Origin: Selaginella moellendorffii
Taxonomy: Eukaryota; Plantae; Lycopodiophyta
Direction of reading: 5' to 3'
Length of the DNA: 64,000 nt
Assembly (NCBI RefSeq): GCF_000143415.4
Contig: NW_003314338.1
Span: 62,001-126,000 of the forward strand
The notes under the pieces were generated by a model. That model saw only the letters and a program-made list of their open reading frames with translations. It was not told the origin of the DNA and searched no databases. Positions within the stretch are counted from its first letter, which is position 1. The number at the start of each line of letters is the position of its first letter. Shown one piece after another: positions 10,474 to 21,986 of the stretch. The position numbers and the translations under genes were made by a program.

Positions 10474-13400
10474 ATGAGCGGCCATGACTCCAAGTACTTC
10501 ACCACCACCAAAAAGGGAGAGATCCACGAGCTCAAGGAGGAGCTCAACTCGCAGTACAAGGTATGCGCGGCGGCGCTTTGACGCGCGCTTCAAAAACCCT
10601 CTTCTTACATCACTCTCTCGCCCCGCCCGCATTGCCTTCCAGGACAAGAAGAAGGATGCGGTGAAGAAGGTGATTGCGGCAATGACGGTGGGCAAGGACG
10701 TGAGCATGCTCTTCACCGATGTCGTCAACTGCATGCAAACCGAGAACCTGGAGCTCAAGAAGCTCGTCTACCTCTACCTCATCAATTACGCCAAGAGCCA
10801 GCCGGATCTCGCCATTCTCGCAGTCAACACATTTGTCAAGGTGAGCCCCCCGGATTTGCTGCTCGCTCACACGCTAGCTCCTCGCAGGATTCCCAAGATC
10901 CCAACCCCTTGATCCGAGCCCTGGCTGTCCGGACCATGGGCTGCATTAGAGTTGACAAGATCACCGAGTACCTCTGTGATCCACTGCAGAGATGTCTCAA
11001 GGTACCACTTTCCTTGCCTTGCTTCCATGTTTCGTCTAAGCTCTTCCATCTTTTCCACTCCCAGGACGACGACCCCTACGTCCGAAAGACAGCCGCTATC
11101 TGTGTTGCCAAGCTGCACGATATCAATGCCGAGCTGGTTGAGGACCGAGGCTTTCTGGAAATCCTCAAGGATCTCATCTCCGACAGCAATCCGATGGTGG
11201 TTGCCAATGCTGTCGCTGCCCTTGCCGAGATCCAGGAGGGCACCACCAAAATCATCTTCGAGATCACAAACCACACTCTCTTCAAGCTCCTGGCTGCCCT
11301 CAACGAATGCACAGAGTGAGTTCAATGGTACAGTTGCTCTCCATCTCTATGGCTTCTCACTGCTAAGCATTGGTTTCTTTTTTCTTTTTTCTTTCGTTCC
11401 AGGTGGGGTCAGGTCTTTATCCTAGACGCTCTCTCAAGATACAAAGCCAAGGACGTCCGCGATGCAGAGAACATTGTGGAGAGAGTCACACCGCGCCTCC
11501 AGCACGCTAACTGTGCGGTGGTTCTCTCCGCTGTCAAGGTAAAACCAGCGTTTCCGTGGCTAGATAACATCTCTGACTTCACGTCCACAGGTTATTCTGC
11601 AACAAATGGAGCTTATTACGAGCACTGATGTTGTCCGGAATCTGTGCAAGAAAATGGCACCACCCCTTGTCACGCTTATCTCCGCTGAACCAGAGATTCA
11701 ATACGTGGCCCTGCGGAACATCAACCTCATCGTGCAGCGCAGGCCGACTATTCTTGCTCATGAAATCAAGGCAAGCTGGACCACCTCGCGCTACTGAATC
11801 GTGTTCTCCTCTTTTACCTTCAGGTTTTTTTCTGCAAGTACAACGATCCCATCTATGTGAAAATGGAAAAGCTAGAAATTATGATCAAGCTTGCTTCTGA
11901 TCGAAATATTGACCAGGTTCGTCCCATTATCGGCTAGAGTTTCTGACGCTAGGAATTTTCGATGTGCCGCAGGTGCTGCTGGAATTTAAAGAATACGCCA
12001 CGGAAGTTGACGTTGATTTTGTTCGAAAAGCCGTTCGAGCCATAGGTCGATGCGCTATCAAGCTTGAGCGGGCAGCAGAGCGCTGCATTAGCGTCCTCCT
12101 CGAGCTGATAAAGCTCAAAGTTAACTATGTCGTGCAGGAAGCGATAGTAGTGATCAAAGACATCTTCCGCCGCTATCCAAACACGTAAGAAAGTCGTTTC
12201 TCACGGTTTTGAAAAAATACAATTTCGTGTTTGCAGGTACGAGTCCATAATCGCAACGCTTTGTGAGAACCTGGATAACTTGGATGAACCGGAAGCCAAG
12301 GTTTACCTTCGCGTTTCACATATGTGGAGCTCATGATTGTGCACTGCAGGCGTCCATGATCTGGATCATTGGTGAATACGCGGAGCGCATTGACAATGCG
12401 GATGAGTTACTCGAAGGTTTCCTCGAGACGTTCCCCGAGGAGACTGCCCAAGTCCAGTTGCAATTGCTGACGGCGACTGTGAAGCTTTTCCTGAAGAAAC
12501 CAACGGAGGGGCCACAGCAAATGATTCAGGTTGATGTCCGTGCCTTTAGTTTATATTTACACTCGCTCTCCTTCTCCCGCAGGTTGTGCTTAACAATGCA
12601 ACACAAGAGACGGATAATCCAGACCTTCGCGATCGTGCATACATTTACTGGCGATTGCTTTCCACGGATCCGGAGGTCCGTGTTTACTTTGCTTATAGTT
12701 TATTATCAGTTGGTAGCTTGTATGTTTCTTCTGTGCTTGCAGGCAGCCAAGGATGTCGTGCTCGCGGAGAAGCCGACCATTAATGATGACTCGAACATGT
12801 TGGAGCCGTCGCTCTTGGATGAACTACTTTCAAACATTGCTACGTTGGCTTCAGTTTATCACAAGCCTCCGGATTCTTTTGTGAGCCGCGTCCGTGCAAC
12901 AGTCCAACGCGACGATGACGAAGAATATGCAGCAGAGAGTCTTGATCCAGAGTCGTCTTCTGCACCAGTCTCGGAGATTACCACCTCCGTGGCTGCGCCA
13001 GGAGGTGTCCCAGGGCAGCCTGCTGCTGTTCCTGATATTCTAGGAGACTTGATGGGTTTGGATGGATCAGCTGATCAACAACCAATGACCAGGTGAGAGT
13101 GTGTGAACTGATGTGCTAAGAGAAGTCTTCATACTCTGTTGCTTACAGATCACTGCCAGTTCTGCTTAGTGCGTCCGCGGGCCAGGGCTTGCAAATTAGT
13201 GGCAAGCTGGTTCGCAGGAATGGTCAAGTGGTTTACAGCCTGATGTTCGAGAACAGCTCACAGATACCACTGGACGGCTTCATGATCCAGTTCAACAAGA
13301 ACACATTCGGTTTGGCAGCTGCGGCTCCGCTTCAAGTGCCACCTTTGGTACCTGGACGATCCGAAAGTGTGGTGCTGCCGATGGTGATGTATCAGAACGT

Positions 13401-13908
13401 TGCTCCTGGCCCTCCAAACTCCCTTCTCCAAGTTGCTGTTAAGAATAACCAGCAGCCAGTCTGGTATTTCAACGACAAGATCTCTATCGAAGCTTTGTTT
13501 GGCGAAGATGGGAAAATGGAACGACAGCACTTTCTGGAGGTACAAGTTTTTTTTCTTAGCGCTTGCGTGCTCTGACTAATAATTCCTTTCAACCTTGCCC
13601 AGACTTGGAAGACTATTCCCGACTCACACGAGTTTATCAAGGAGTTACCCAGTGTTTGTGTCAACAGCGTGGAGTCGGCTATCCAGAAGCTGCAAGCCAC
13701 CAACCTGTTTTTCATTGCACGCAGGTCCCAGAAAGAATCGAGGCAAGAGCTGCTTTACCTGTCTGCCAAGGTTCCCCCCAACATTGTTTTCCTTGTGGAG
13801 CTGGCAACTGTGGTTGGGACGGCAGGTGTGAAGTGCGCTGTCAAGACGGTATCTCCAGAGATGGCACCGCTTCTCTTTGATGCACTTGAAGCGCTGTTGA
13901 GTACATGA
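10474..13908 (+). CDS. Beta-adaptin (AP-1/AP-2 complex beta subunit), many short introns
   Basis: [78 protein letters not shown], appendage [12 protein letters not shown]. Confidence 0.94.
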
Positions 13909-14070
13909 ATCTGTACCTCCTTGCAAGTGGCAGGCTCATACTTCCCATTTTGTTGCTTAGATATATAAAGTATTTGCAGTCTGCAATTTAAGTGTAAACA
14001 ACAAATTTCAAGTTGTGAGTTGAGATGGAATATAGAAATAGAATACAGAAACCCTAATTTATATACAGGT

Positions 14071-14244
14071 TGTGAGGGCCAAGTGTACGGCTACGATGCC
14101 GTATACTAATATTAGCATAGTGGATTTTGGTAGCCGTCGGATTGGTTTCAATCCGGACCACTCACTCCTGTATATAAGCTAGGGTTTTTGGGTTAATTGA
14201 TATGCACATTTCTGTATTCCCTTTCCATATTCCATGCACTCACA
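14071..14244 (+). repeat. Family A LTR (174 bp, TGTGAG...CTCACA), 5' copy
   Basis: Matches the copies at 21813-21986(-), 30684-30857 and 32729-32902; contains a TATATAA box. Confidence 0.95.
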
Positions 14245-14245
14245 T

Positions 14246-14262
14246 TGGTGGAGATGAGGGGC
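14246..14262 (+). other. Primer-binding site, tRNA-Ala-like (TGGTGGAGATGAGGGGC)
   Basis: 1 nt after the LTR; complementary, with about 1 mismatch, to the ...CCCCGCAUCUCCA-CCA 3' end typical of plant tRNA-Ala (recalled, not searched). Confidence 0.7.
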
Positions 14263-15172
14263 ACCTTTGATTGTCCCTGGGGAGTGCTTGGATTTGGGAT
14301 TTCGGTTTAGATCTAGCTTTTGCATTGTCTAGATCTAGCTTTTTCCATTTCCTTTCTTTTGTTCTTTCCTTTCAGGATTTTGGTTTAGATCTAGCTTTTT
14401 GCATTGTCTAGATCTACCATTTCTTTCTAGCTTTTTGTCATTTCTCTTCTTTTGCTCTTTCTTTCTCATTCATTTTCATGGCCGATCCGCAATCTCCTCC
14501 TTTGACTCTAGAGCAGCAGTTGGTTCAATTGCTTGATGCTATGCGCCTGCAATTGAACAACCAAACTCAGTTGATGGCGGCATTCACGGCACATGGTACA
14601 ACTCCTCCTGCTTTTGGTGCCAATCCTCGCGTTTGGCCGGAGTTCTTTCGTGGGAATCCTGGGGATGATGTGTACCATTGGTTCGATCACTTCACGGTGA
14701 TTGCCACATATCATTCTTGGGATGATGCTCGGCGTTTGCGTGAGTTCCCCACATGTCTTCAAGGGACGGCATTGCAGTGGTACAATGGATTGAGCGCAGC
14801 TACTCGTGGCGATTGGAGTGTTCTTCCGGACGTCTTCAAACGCGCCTTCGGACACGCCGACGATTGTGATGATGCCTTCCAACAATTGCATCGTCTTCGC
14901 CAAGGGCCATCTGAGTCGGTGATGCAATTTGGCGTTCGTTTCCGAAGTCTTTTGCTTCGTGCGGAACCAAATATGTCGGAGCGGATCAAGCTAGGAATGC
15001 TGTGGCCAGCACTTCGTCAAGATCTTGTCGGACTTGTGCATGCACATTTCTGTATTCCCTTTCCATATTCCATGCACTCACATTGGTGGAGGTGAGGGGC
15101 ACCTTTGATTGTCCCTGGGGAGTGCTTGGATTTGGGATTTCGGTTTAGATCTAGCTTTTGCATTGTCTAGAT

Positions 15173-15212
<40 letters not shown>

Positions 15213-15217
<5 letters not shown>

Positions 15218-18200
15218 GTAAACCTAGCTCTGTTGGTAATATTGGATCATGACCATATAGAAGTTTATATGGTGAAGCACCAACAGAACTCTGCACCCCT
15301 GTAACATAAGCATACCGAAGAGACGGCAAATAACCATCCCAATCCGAATGTTGAAAGTTCACATACTTCGCAATCATCCCTTTGAATGTCCGAACGAGCC
15401 GTTCCACCAGACCGTCTGATTGTGGATGATAAGCACTCGTAAAAGTGTGGCGTATCCCCAACCGAGATGTCAAAACATGAAATACCTCAGCCATAAATGC
15501 AGGACCATTATCCGAAAGAATCCGTTCTGGACAAGAATGCTGGAACACCACTCGATTGAGGAGGAAGTATCCAACAGCAGTTGCAGAGGCACTAGCAAGA
15601 GCACCAACTTCCACCCAACGAGTCAAGTAGTCAGAAGCAATAATAACATACTCATTGCCAGCAGTCGATCGCGGAAAAGGTCCCATAAGATCAAACGCCA
15701 CCAACTCAAACGGACGAGAAACTGCAATTGACTCCAACCGTCCTTCCGCAGCACAAGGGGGAGTATTACGAGCTTGGCACCAAACGCAGCTACGCACATA
15801 CCGGATAATATCACGTCGCATCTCTGGCCAATAGAAAGATCTGCGCAACTTCTCGGTGACACGACGGTGTCCCATATGCCCACCTAGAATAGGAGAATCA
15901 TGGTAGGCATAGAGAAACCGCGGAATAAACACCGAAGGCACCACCAGCCGTAAATGAGCATCAGGATCCGTCCCCACAAAATAAAGAAGGCCATCTTCAA
16001 GGCGATATTGAGAATGTAAATGCCGAAAAGGCAAGTCATCAGCAAGTGATGCAGGATTCTCAAACCCATCTCGAAGCCTTCGAATCCACGGCTCAATCTT
16101 TTGAGCCTCGCGAACCTCATCCAGAGAAGGTAGATCTTGCTCTACGCCCTGTGGACACTGAACGTCAAGGACAGCAACCGCCGACGGCACAGAATCCTCA
16201 TCTAGAAAATCCACAGATGCTGGAACAACAGGTTCATCAGAAACATGAGAAGTGAGTGGAGAAGGAAGAGGAGCTCGAGAAAGGGCATCAGCATCAGCCA
16301 TAGAACTCCCTGGGCGATGAACAACATCGAAATCATATATCTGAAGCTTCAAAGCCCATCGAGCCGTACGACCAACCAGGTTCTTCCGCTTCAATAATGA
16401 AGTAACAGCAGCATGGTCACCTTCAAGTAACGTCCGAGAACCATGTAGATAGGCATGAAGTTTCTCGAAACCCCAGACTGCTGCTAAACACTCCTTCTCC
16501 GTCGTGGAGTAGTTCATCTCCGCTGGTTGTAATGTACGGCTTATGTATGCAATGGGATGGCGCTGACCAGGCACACTTGAGCTCTCTTGCATCAACACAC
16601 CTCCAAGACCAATGTCAGAAGCATCCACGCGCAAAATAAAAGGTCGAGTGTAGTTAGGATATGCCAAAACCGGAGGAGTCGTCAATAGCTCTTTGAGATT
16701 CACGAACGCCCGCTCACAATCGGGAGACCAGATGAAAGATGACGTTGATGACTTCAGCAACGCTCGCAATGGTAAAGTGCGATCGGAAAGATGATCCACA
16801 AAACGACCGAGATACTGCACCTTACCCAAAAAGCGCTGCACATCATTCACACACTTCGGAGTAGGGAACTTTAGAACAGCCACAAGTTTGTCAGGATCAA
16901 CTTGCAAACCCTCACGAGAAATACGGTACCCAAGATAAGTTGTGTCCTTGGACCCAAACACGCACTTCGACCGCTTCAGCTTTAAACCAACGTCGCGTAG
17001 CCGATCCAACACTTTACAAACATCACGAACATGCTCCTCCCACGTCCCCTCCGAGTGGATCAAGACATCATCAATGAAGTCAGCCGTCACCTCTGGCATA
17101 TCGCAAAGAACCTCGTCCATCATTCGCTGAAAAGTTGCTGGAGCATTGTTCAAACCAAACGGCATCACCAAAAACTCGTACAAACCAAATGGTGTACGAA
17201 AAGCAGTCTTAGGAATATCGTCTTCAGCCATCGGTACTTGCCAATACCCAGAAGCAAGATCTAGCTTGGTGAACCAACGACTTCGCCCCAGACGATCCAA
17301 GAGATCAGCAGTGTGAGGAAGAGGGTACACGTCCGGGATCGTCACTTCATTTAACGGACGATAGTCGATGCAGAAACGAATACTCCCATCAGGCTTCGTC
17401 ACAAGATGAGGTTCACATGCCCAAGGACTCCGCGACTTCCGAATAACACCCTTCTCCAACATCTCCTTAACGTTTGCACGTAAAATCTTGATCTCCTTGG
17501 GTGACCGACGACGAACAGGAACCTTGATTGGACGAGCATCCCCGGTTGGAATGGGATGACGTGTGGCAATCTTGGCCCCAGACGATAGGTCAAATTCAAA
17601 GAGATCAGAATACTCCTTCATGAGCTGATCAACAGCTGCAACACAAAGATCATCGGAGGGATCGGAAAAGGGAAGAGCAGAACAAGATGGAAACACAAGA
17701 GGAAATAATGGGGGAACAAAAGTAATGGAAGCAGAGGTAGAAGTAGAGGGACGAAGAGGTACAGAAGTGAGAGGAATGGATGAAACATAAGGAAGTATGA
17801 GACAAGGGGGAAAAGCCTCAAAGTCACACTTGGCATGATTGTGCTGCAACCAATCCATACCAAGAATGAGGTCAAAAGCTTGACTCGGCACCACCCGCAA
17901 CGACTGCAACTCAAGCTCGAGATCGCCCACACGCACAACCAAGTCCGCCTCATCTCGTGCACATGCATGTGTACGGCCGTTGCCATAAAGAATGAAAACT
18001 GGATCCGCCGCACGACGCAAGTGTAGACGACAACGTGTGGCAACAGGTCGAGCAATAGAAGATAAACTCGAACCTGTATCAACCAACACGGAGAGAAGAA
18101 TAGGAGACCTCTTGTTATAAAAACGAGCTTGGAAAGTAAACACTGGATGAACCGGTGCCGAGTGAACCCCTTGATGATACTCCCGAAAGAAAGATGGAGG

Positions 18201-18233
18201 GGTCACTAACTTATTCGCGCAAGGTCCCTCCAT
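15213..18233 (-). pseudogene. Inverted pol copy (PR-RT-RH-INT) truncated in integrase and followed by poly(A)
   Basis: ORF 15213..18368 matches pol up to PTELGLP, then runs into a 37-nt A tract on the minus strand. Confidence 0.9.
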
Positions 18234-19310
18234 TACTCGCGCGACTCCTCGTTTCCCGAATGCACCTCGGTATCCAAACCTTCCACCGCAGCAGCACCAA
18301 CGAGACGTTGCTGACGCCAAGGTCTCCACCCAGGAAATGGAGGTCGCCAATCCGGAAAGCGCCGACAACGCCGGTAAGTATGACCAACTTCATCACACGC
18401 CCAGCAACGAATGTCACGGCCACGACCACGTCCTCGCCCTTGTCCTTGGACTCGAGTAGCAGCAGCATCAACCTCCATGGGAACAGGACCATCACTCACA
18501 GGAAGTGGAGCTGAAGGACGTGTAGCAAGAAGTGGAAGAGGCGACGTCTCATAACGTTGTGCCAAGCGAAGAGCATCGTCAAGAGTGGCAGGAGCAAGTG
18601 CAGTTTCTCCGTACATTACAACCAGCGGAGATGAACTACTCCATGACGGAGAAGGAGTGTTTAGCAGCAGTCTGGGGTTTCGAGAAACTTCATGCCTATC
18701 TACATGGTTCTCGGACGTTACTTGAAGGTGACCATGCTGCTGTTACTTCATTATTGAAGCGGAAGAACCTGGTTGGTCGTACGGCTCGATGGGCTTTGAA
18801 GCTTCAGATATATGATTTCGATGTTGTTCATCGCCCAGGGAGTTCTATGGCTGATGCTGATGCCCTTTCTCGAGCTCCTCTTCCTTCTCCACTCACTTCT
18901 CATGTTTCTGATGAACCTGTTGTTCCAGCATCTGTGGATTTTCTAGATGAGGATTCTGTGCCGTCGGCGGTTGCAGTCCTTGACGTTCAGTGTCCACAGG
19001 GCGTAGAGCAAGATCTACCTTCTCTGGATGAGGTTCGCGAGGCTCAAAAGATTGAGCCGTGGATTCGAAGACTCACATTGGTGGAGATGAGGGGCACCTT
19101 TGATTGTCCCTGGGGAGTGCTTGGATTTGGGATTTCGGTTTAGATCTAGCTTTTGCATTATCTAGATCTAGCTTTTTCCATTTCCTTTCTTTTGTTCTTT
19201 CCTTTCAGGATTTTGGTTTAGATCTAGCTTTTTGCATTGTCTAGATCTACCATTTCTTTCTAGCTTTTTGTCATTTCTCTTCTTTTGCTCTTTCTTTCTC
19301 ATTCATTTTC

Positions 19311-20243
19311 ATGGCCGATCCGCAATCTCCTCCTTTGACTCTAGAGCAGCAGTTGGTTCAATTGCTTGATGCTATGCGCCTGCAATTGAACAACCAAACT
19401 CAGTTGATGGCGGCATTCACGGCACATGGTACAACTCCTCCTGCTTTTGGTGCCAATCCTCGCGTTCGGCCGGAGTTCTTTCGTGGGAATCCTGGGGATG
19501 ATGTGTACCATTGGTTCGATCACTTCACGGTGATTGCCACATATCATTCTTGGGATGATGCTCGGCGTTTGCGTGAGTTCCCCACATGTCTTCAAGGGAC
19601 GGCATTGCAGTGGTACAATGGATTGAGCGCAGCTACTCGTGGCGATTGGAGTGTTCTTCCGGACGTCTTCAAACGCGCCTTCGGACACGCCGACGATTGT
19701 GATGATGCCTTCCAACAATTGCATCGTCTTCGCCAAGGGCCATCTGAGTCGGTGATGCAATTTGGCGTTCGTTTCCGAAGTCTTTTGCTTCGTGCGGAAC
19801 CAAATATGTCGGAGCGGATCAAGCTAGGAATGCTGTGGCCAGCACTTCGTCAAGATCTTGTCGGACTTGTGCATGCACTTGCTCCTGCCACTCTTGACGA
19901 TGCTCTTCGCTTGGCACAACGTTATGAGACATCGCCTCTTCCACTTCTTGCTACACGTCCTTCAGCTCCACTTCCTATGAGTGATGGTCCTGTTCCCATG
20001 GAGGTTGATGCTGCTGCTACTCGAGTCCAAGGACAAGGGCGAGGACGTGGTCGTGGCCGTGACATTCGTTGCTGGGCGTGTGATGAAGTTGGTCATACTT
20101 ATCGGCGTTGTCGGCGCTTTCCGGATTGGCGACCTCCATTTCCTGGGTGGAGACCTTGGCGTCAGCAACGTCCCGTTGGTGCTGCTGCGGTGGAAGGTTT
20201 GGATACCGAGGTGCATTCGGGAAACGAGGAGTCGCGCGAGTAA
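19311..20243 (+). CDS. gag: Retrotransposon Gag (complete copy)
   Basis: 310 aa; capsid-like region LQGTALQWY...LRQG, GPVPMEVD, zinc knuckle CWACDEVGHTYRRC. Confidence 0.9.
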   Translation: MADPQSPPLTLEQQLVQLLDAMRLQLNNQTQLMAAFTAHGTTPPAFGANPRVRPEFFRGNPGDDVYHWFDHFTVIATYHSWDDARRLREFPTCLQGTALQWYNGLSAATRGDWSVLPDVFKRAFGHADDCDDAFQQLHRLRQGPSESVMQFGVRFRSLLLRAEPNMSERIKLGMLWPALRQDLVGLVHALAPATLDDALRLAQRYETSPLPLLATRPSAPLPMSDGPVPMEVDAAATRVQGQGRGRGRGRDIRCWACDEVGHTYRRCRRFPDWRPPFPGWRPWRQQRPVGAAAVEGLDTEVHSGNEESRE

Positions 20244-21812
20244 TGGAGGGACCTTGCGCGAATAAGTTAGTGACCCCTCCATCTTTCTTTCGGGAGTATC
20301 ATCAAGGGGTTCACTCGGCACCGGTTCATCCAGTGTTTACTTTCCAAGCTCGTTTTTATAACAAGAGGTCTCCTCTTCTTCTCTCCGTGTTGGTTGATAC
20401 AGGTTCGAGTTTATCTTCTATTGCTCGACCTGTTGCCACACGTTGTCGTCTACACTTGCGTCGTGCGGCGGATCCAGTTTTCATTCTTTATGGCAACGGC
20501 CGTACACATGCATGTGCACGAGATGAGGCGGACTTGGTTGTGCGTGTGGGCGATCTCGAGCTTGAGTTGCAGTCGTTGCGGGTGGTGCCGAGTCAAGCTT
20601 TTGACCTCATTCTTGGTATGGATTGGTTGCAGCACAATCATGCCAAGTGTGACTTTGAGGCTTTTCCCCCTGGTCTCATACTTCCTTATGTTTCATCCAT
20701 TCCTCTCACTTCTGTACCTCTTCGTCCCTCTACTTCTACCTCTGCTTCCATTACTTTTGTTCCCCCATTATTTCCTCTTGTGTTTCTATCTTGTTCTGCT
20801 CTTCCCTTTTCCGATCCCTCCGATGATCTTTGTGTTGCAGCTGTTGATCAGCTCATGAAGGAGTATTCTGATCTCTTTGAATTTGACCTATCGTCTGGGG
20901 CCAAGATTGCCACACGTCATCCCATTCCAACCGGGGATGCTCGTCCAATCAAGGTTCCTGTTCGTCGTCGGTCACCCAAGGAGATCAAGATTTTACGTGC
21001 AAACGTTAAGGAGATGTTGGAGAAGGGTGTTATTCGGAAGTCGCGGAGTCCTTGGGCATGTGAACCTCATCTTGTGACGAAGCCTGATGGGAGTATTCGT
21101 TTCTGCATCGACTATCGTCCGTTAAATGAAGTTACGATCCCGGACGTGTACCCTCTTCCTCACACTGCTGATCTCTTGGATCGTCTGGGGCGAAGTCGTT
21201 GGTTCACCAAGCTAGATCTTGCTTCTGGGTATTGGCAAGTACCGATGGCTGAAGACGATATTCCTAAGACTGCTTTTCGTACACCATTTGATTTGTACGA
21301 GTTTTTGGTGATGCCGTTTGGTTTGAACAATGCTCCAGCAACTTTTCAGCGAATGATGGACAAGGTTCTTTGCGATATGCCAGAGGTGACGGCTGACTTC
21401 ATTGATGATGTCTTGATCCACTCGGAGGGGACGTGGGAGGAGCATGTTCGTGATGTTTGTAAAGTGTTGGATCGGCTACGCGACGTTGGTTTAAAGCTGA
21501 AGCGGTCGAAGTGCGTGTTTGGGTCCAAGGACACAACTTATCTTGGGTACCGTATTTCTCGTGAGGGTTTGCAAGTTGATCCTGACAAACTTGTGGCTGT
21601 TCTAAAGTTCCCTACTCCGAAGTGTGTGAATGATGTGCAGCGCTTTTTGGGTAAGGTGCAGTATCTCGGTCGTTTTGTGGATCATCTTTCCGATCGCACT
21701 TTACCATTGCGAGCGTTGCTGAAGTCATCAACGTCATCTTTCATCTGGTCTCCCGATTGTGAGCGGGCGTTCGTGAATCTCAAAGAGCTATTGACGACTC
21801 CTCCGGTTTCAA

Positions 21813-21986
21813 TGTGAGTGCATGGAATATGGAAAGGGAATACAGAAATGTGCATATCAATTAACCCAAAAACCCTAGCTTATATACAGGAGTGAGTGGT
21901 CCGGATTGAAACCAATCCGACGGCTACCAAAATCCACTATGCTAATATTAGTATACGGCATCGTAGCCGTACACTTGGCCCTCACA
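21813..21986 (-). repeat. Family A LTR, inverted internal copy
   Basis: Reverse complement of 14071-14244, preceded in element sense by the PPT and INT end. Confidence 0.93.
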
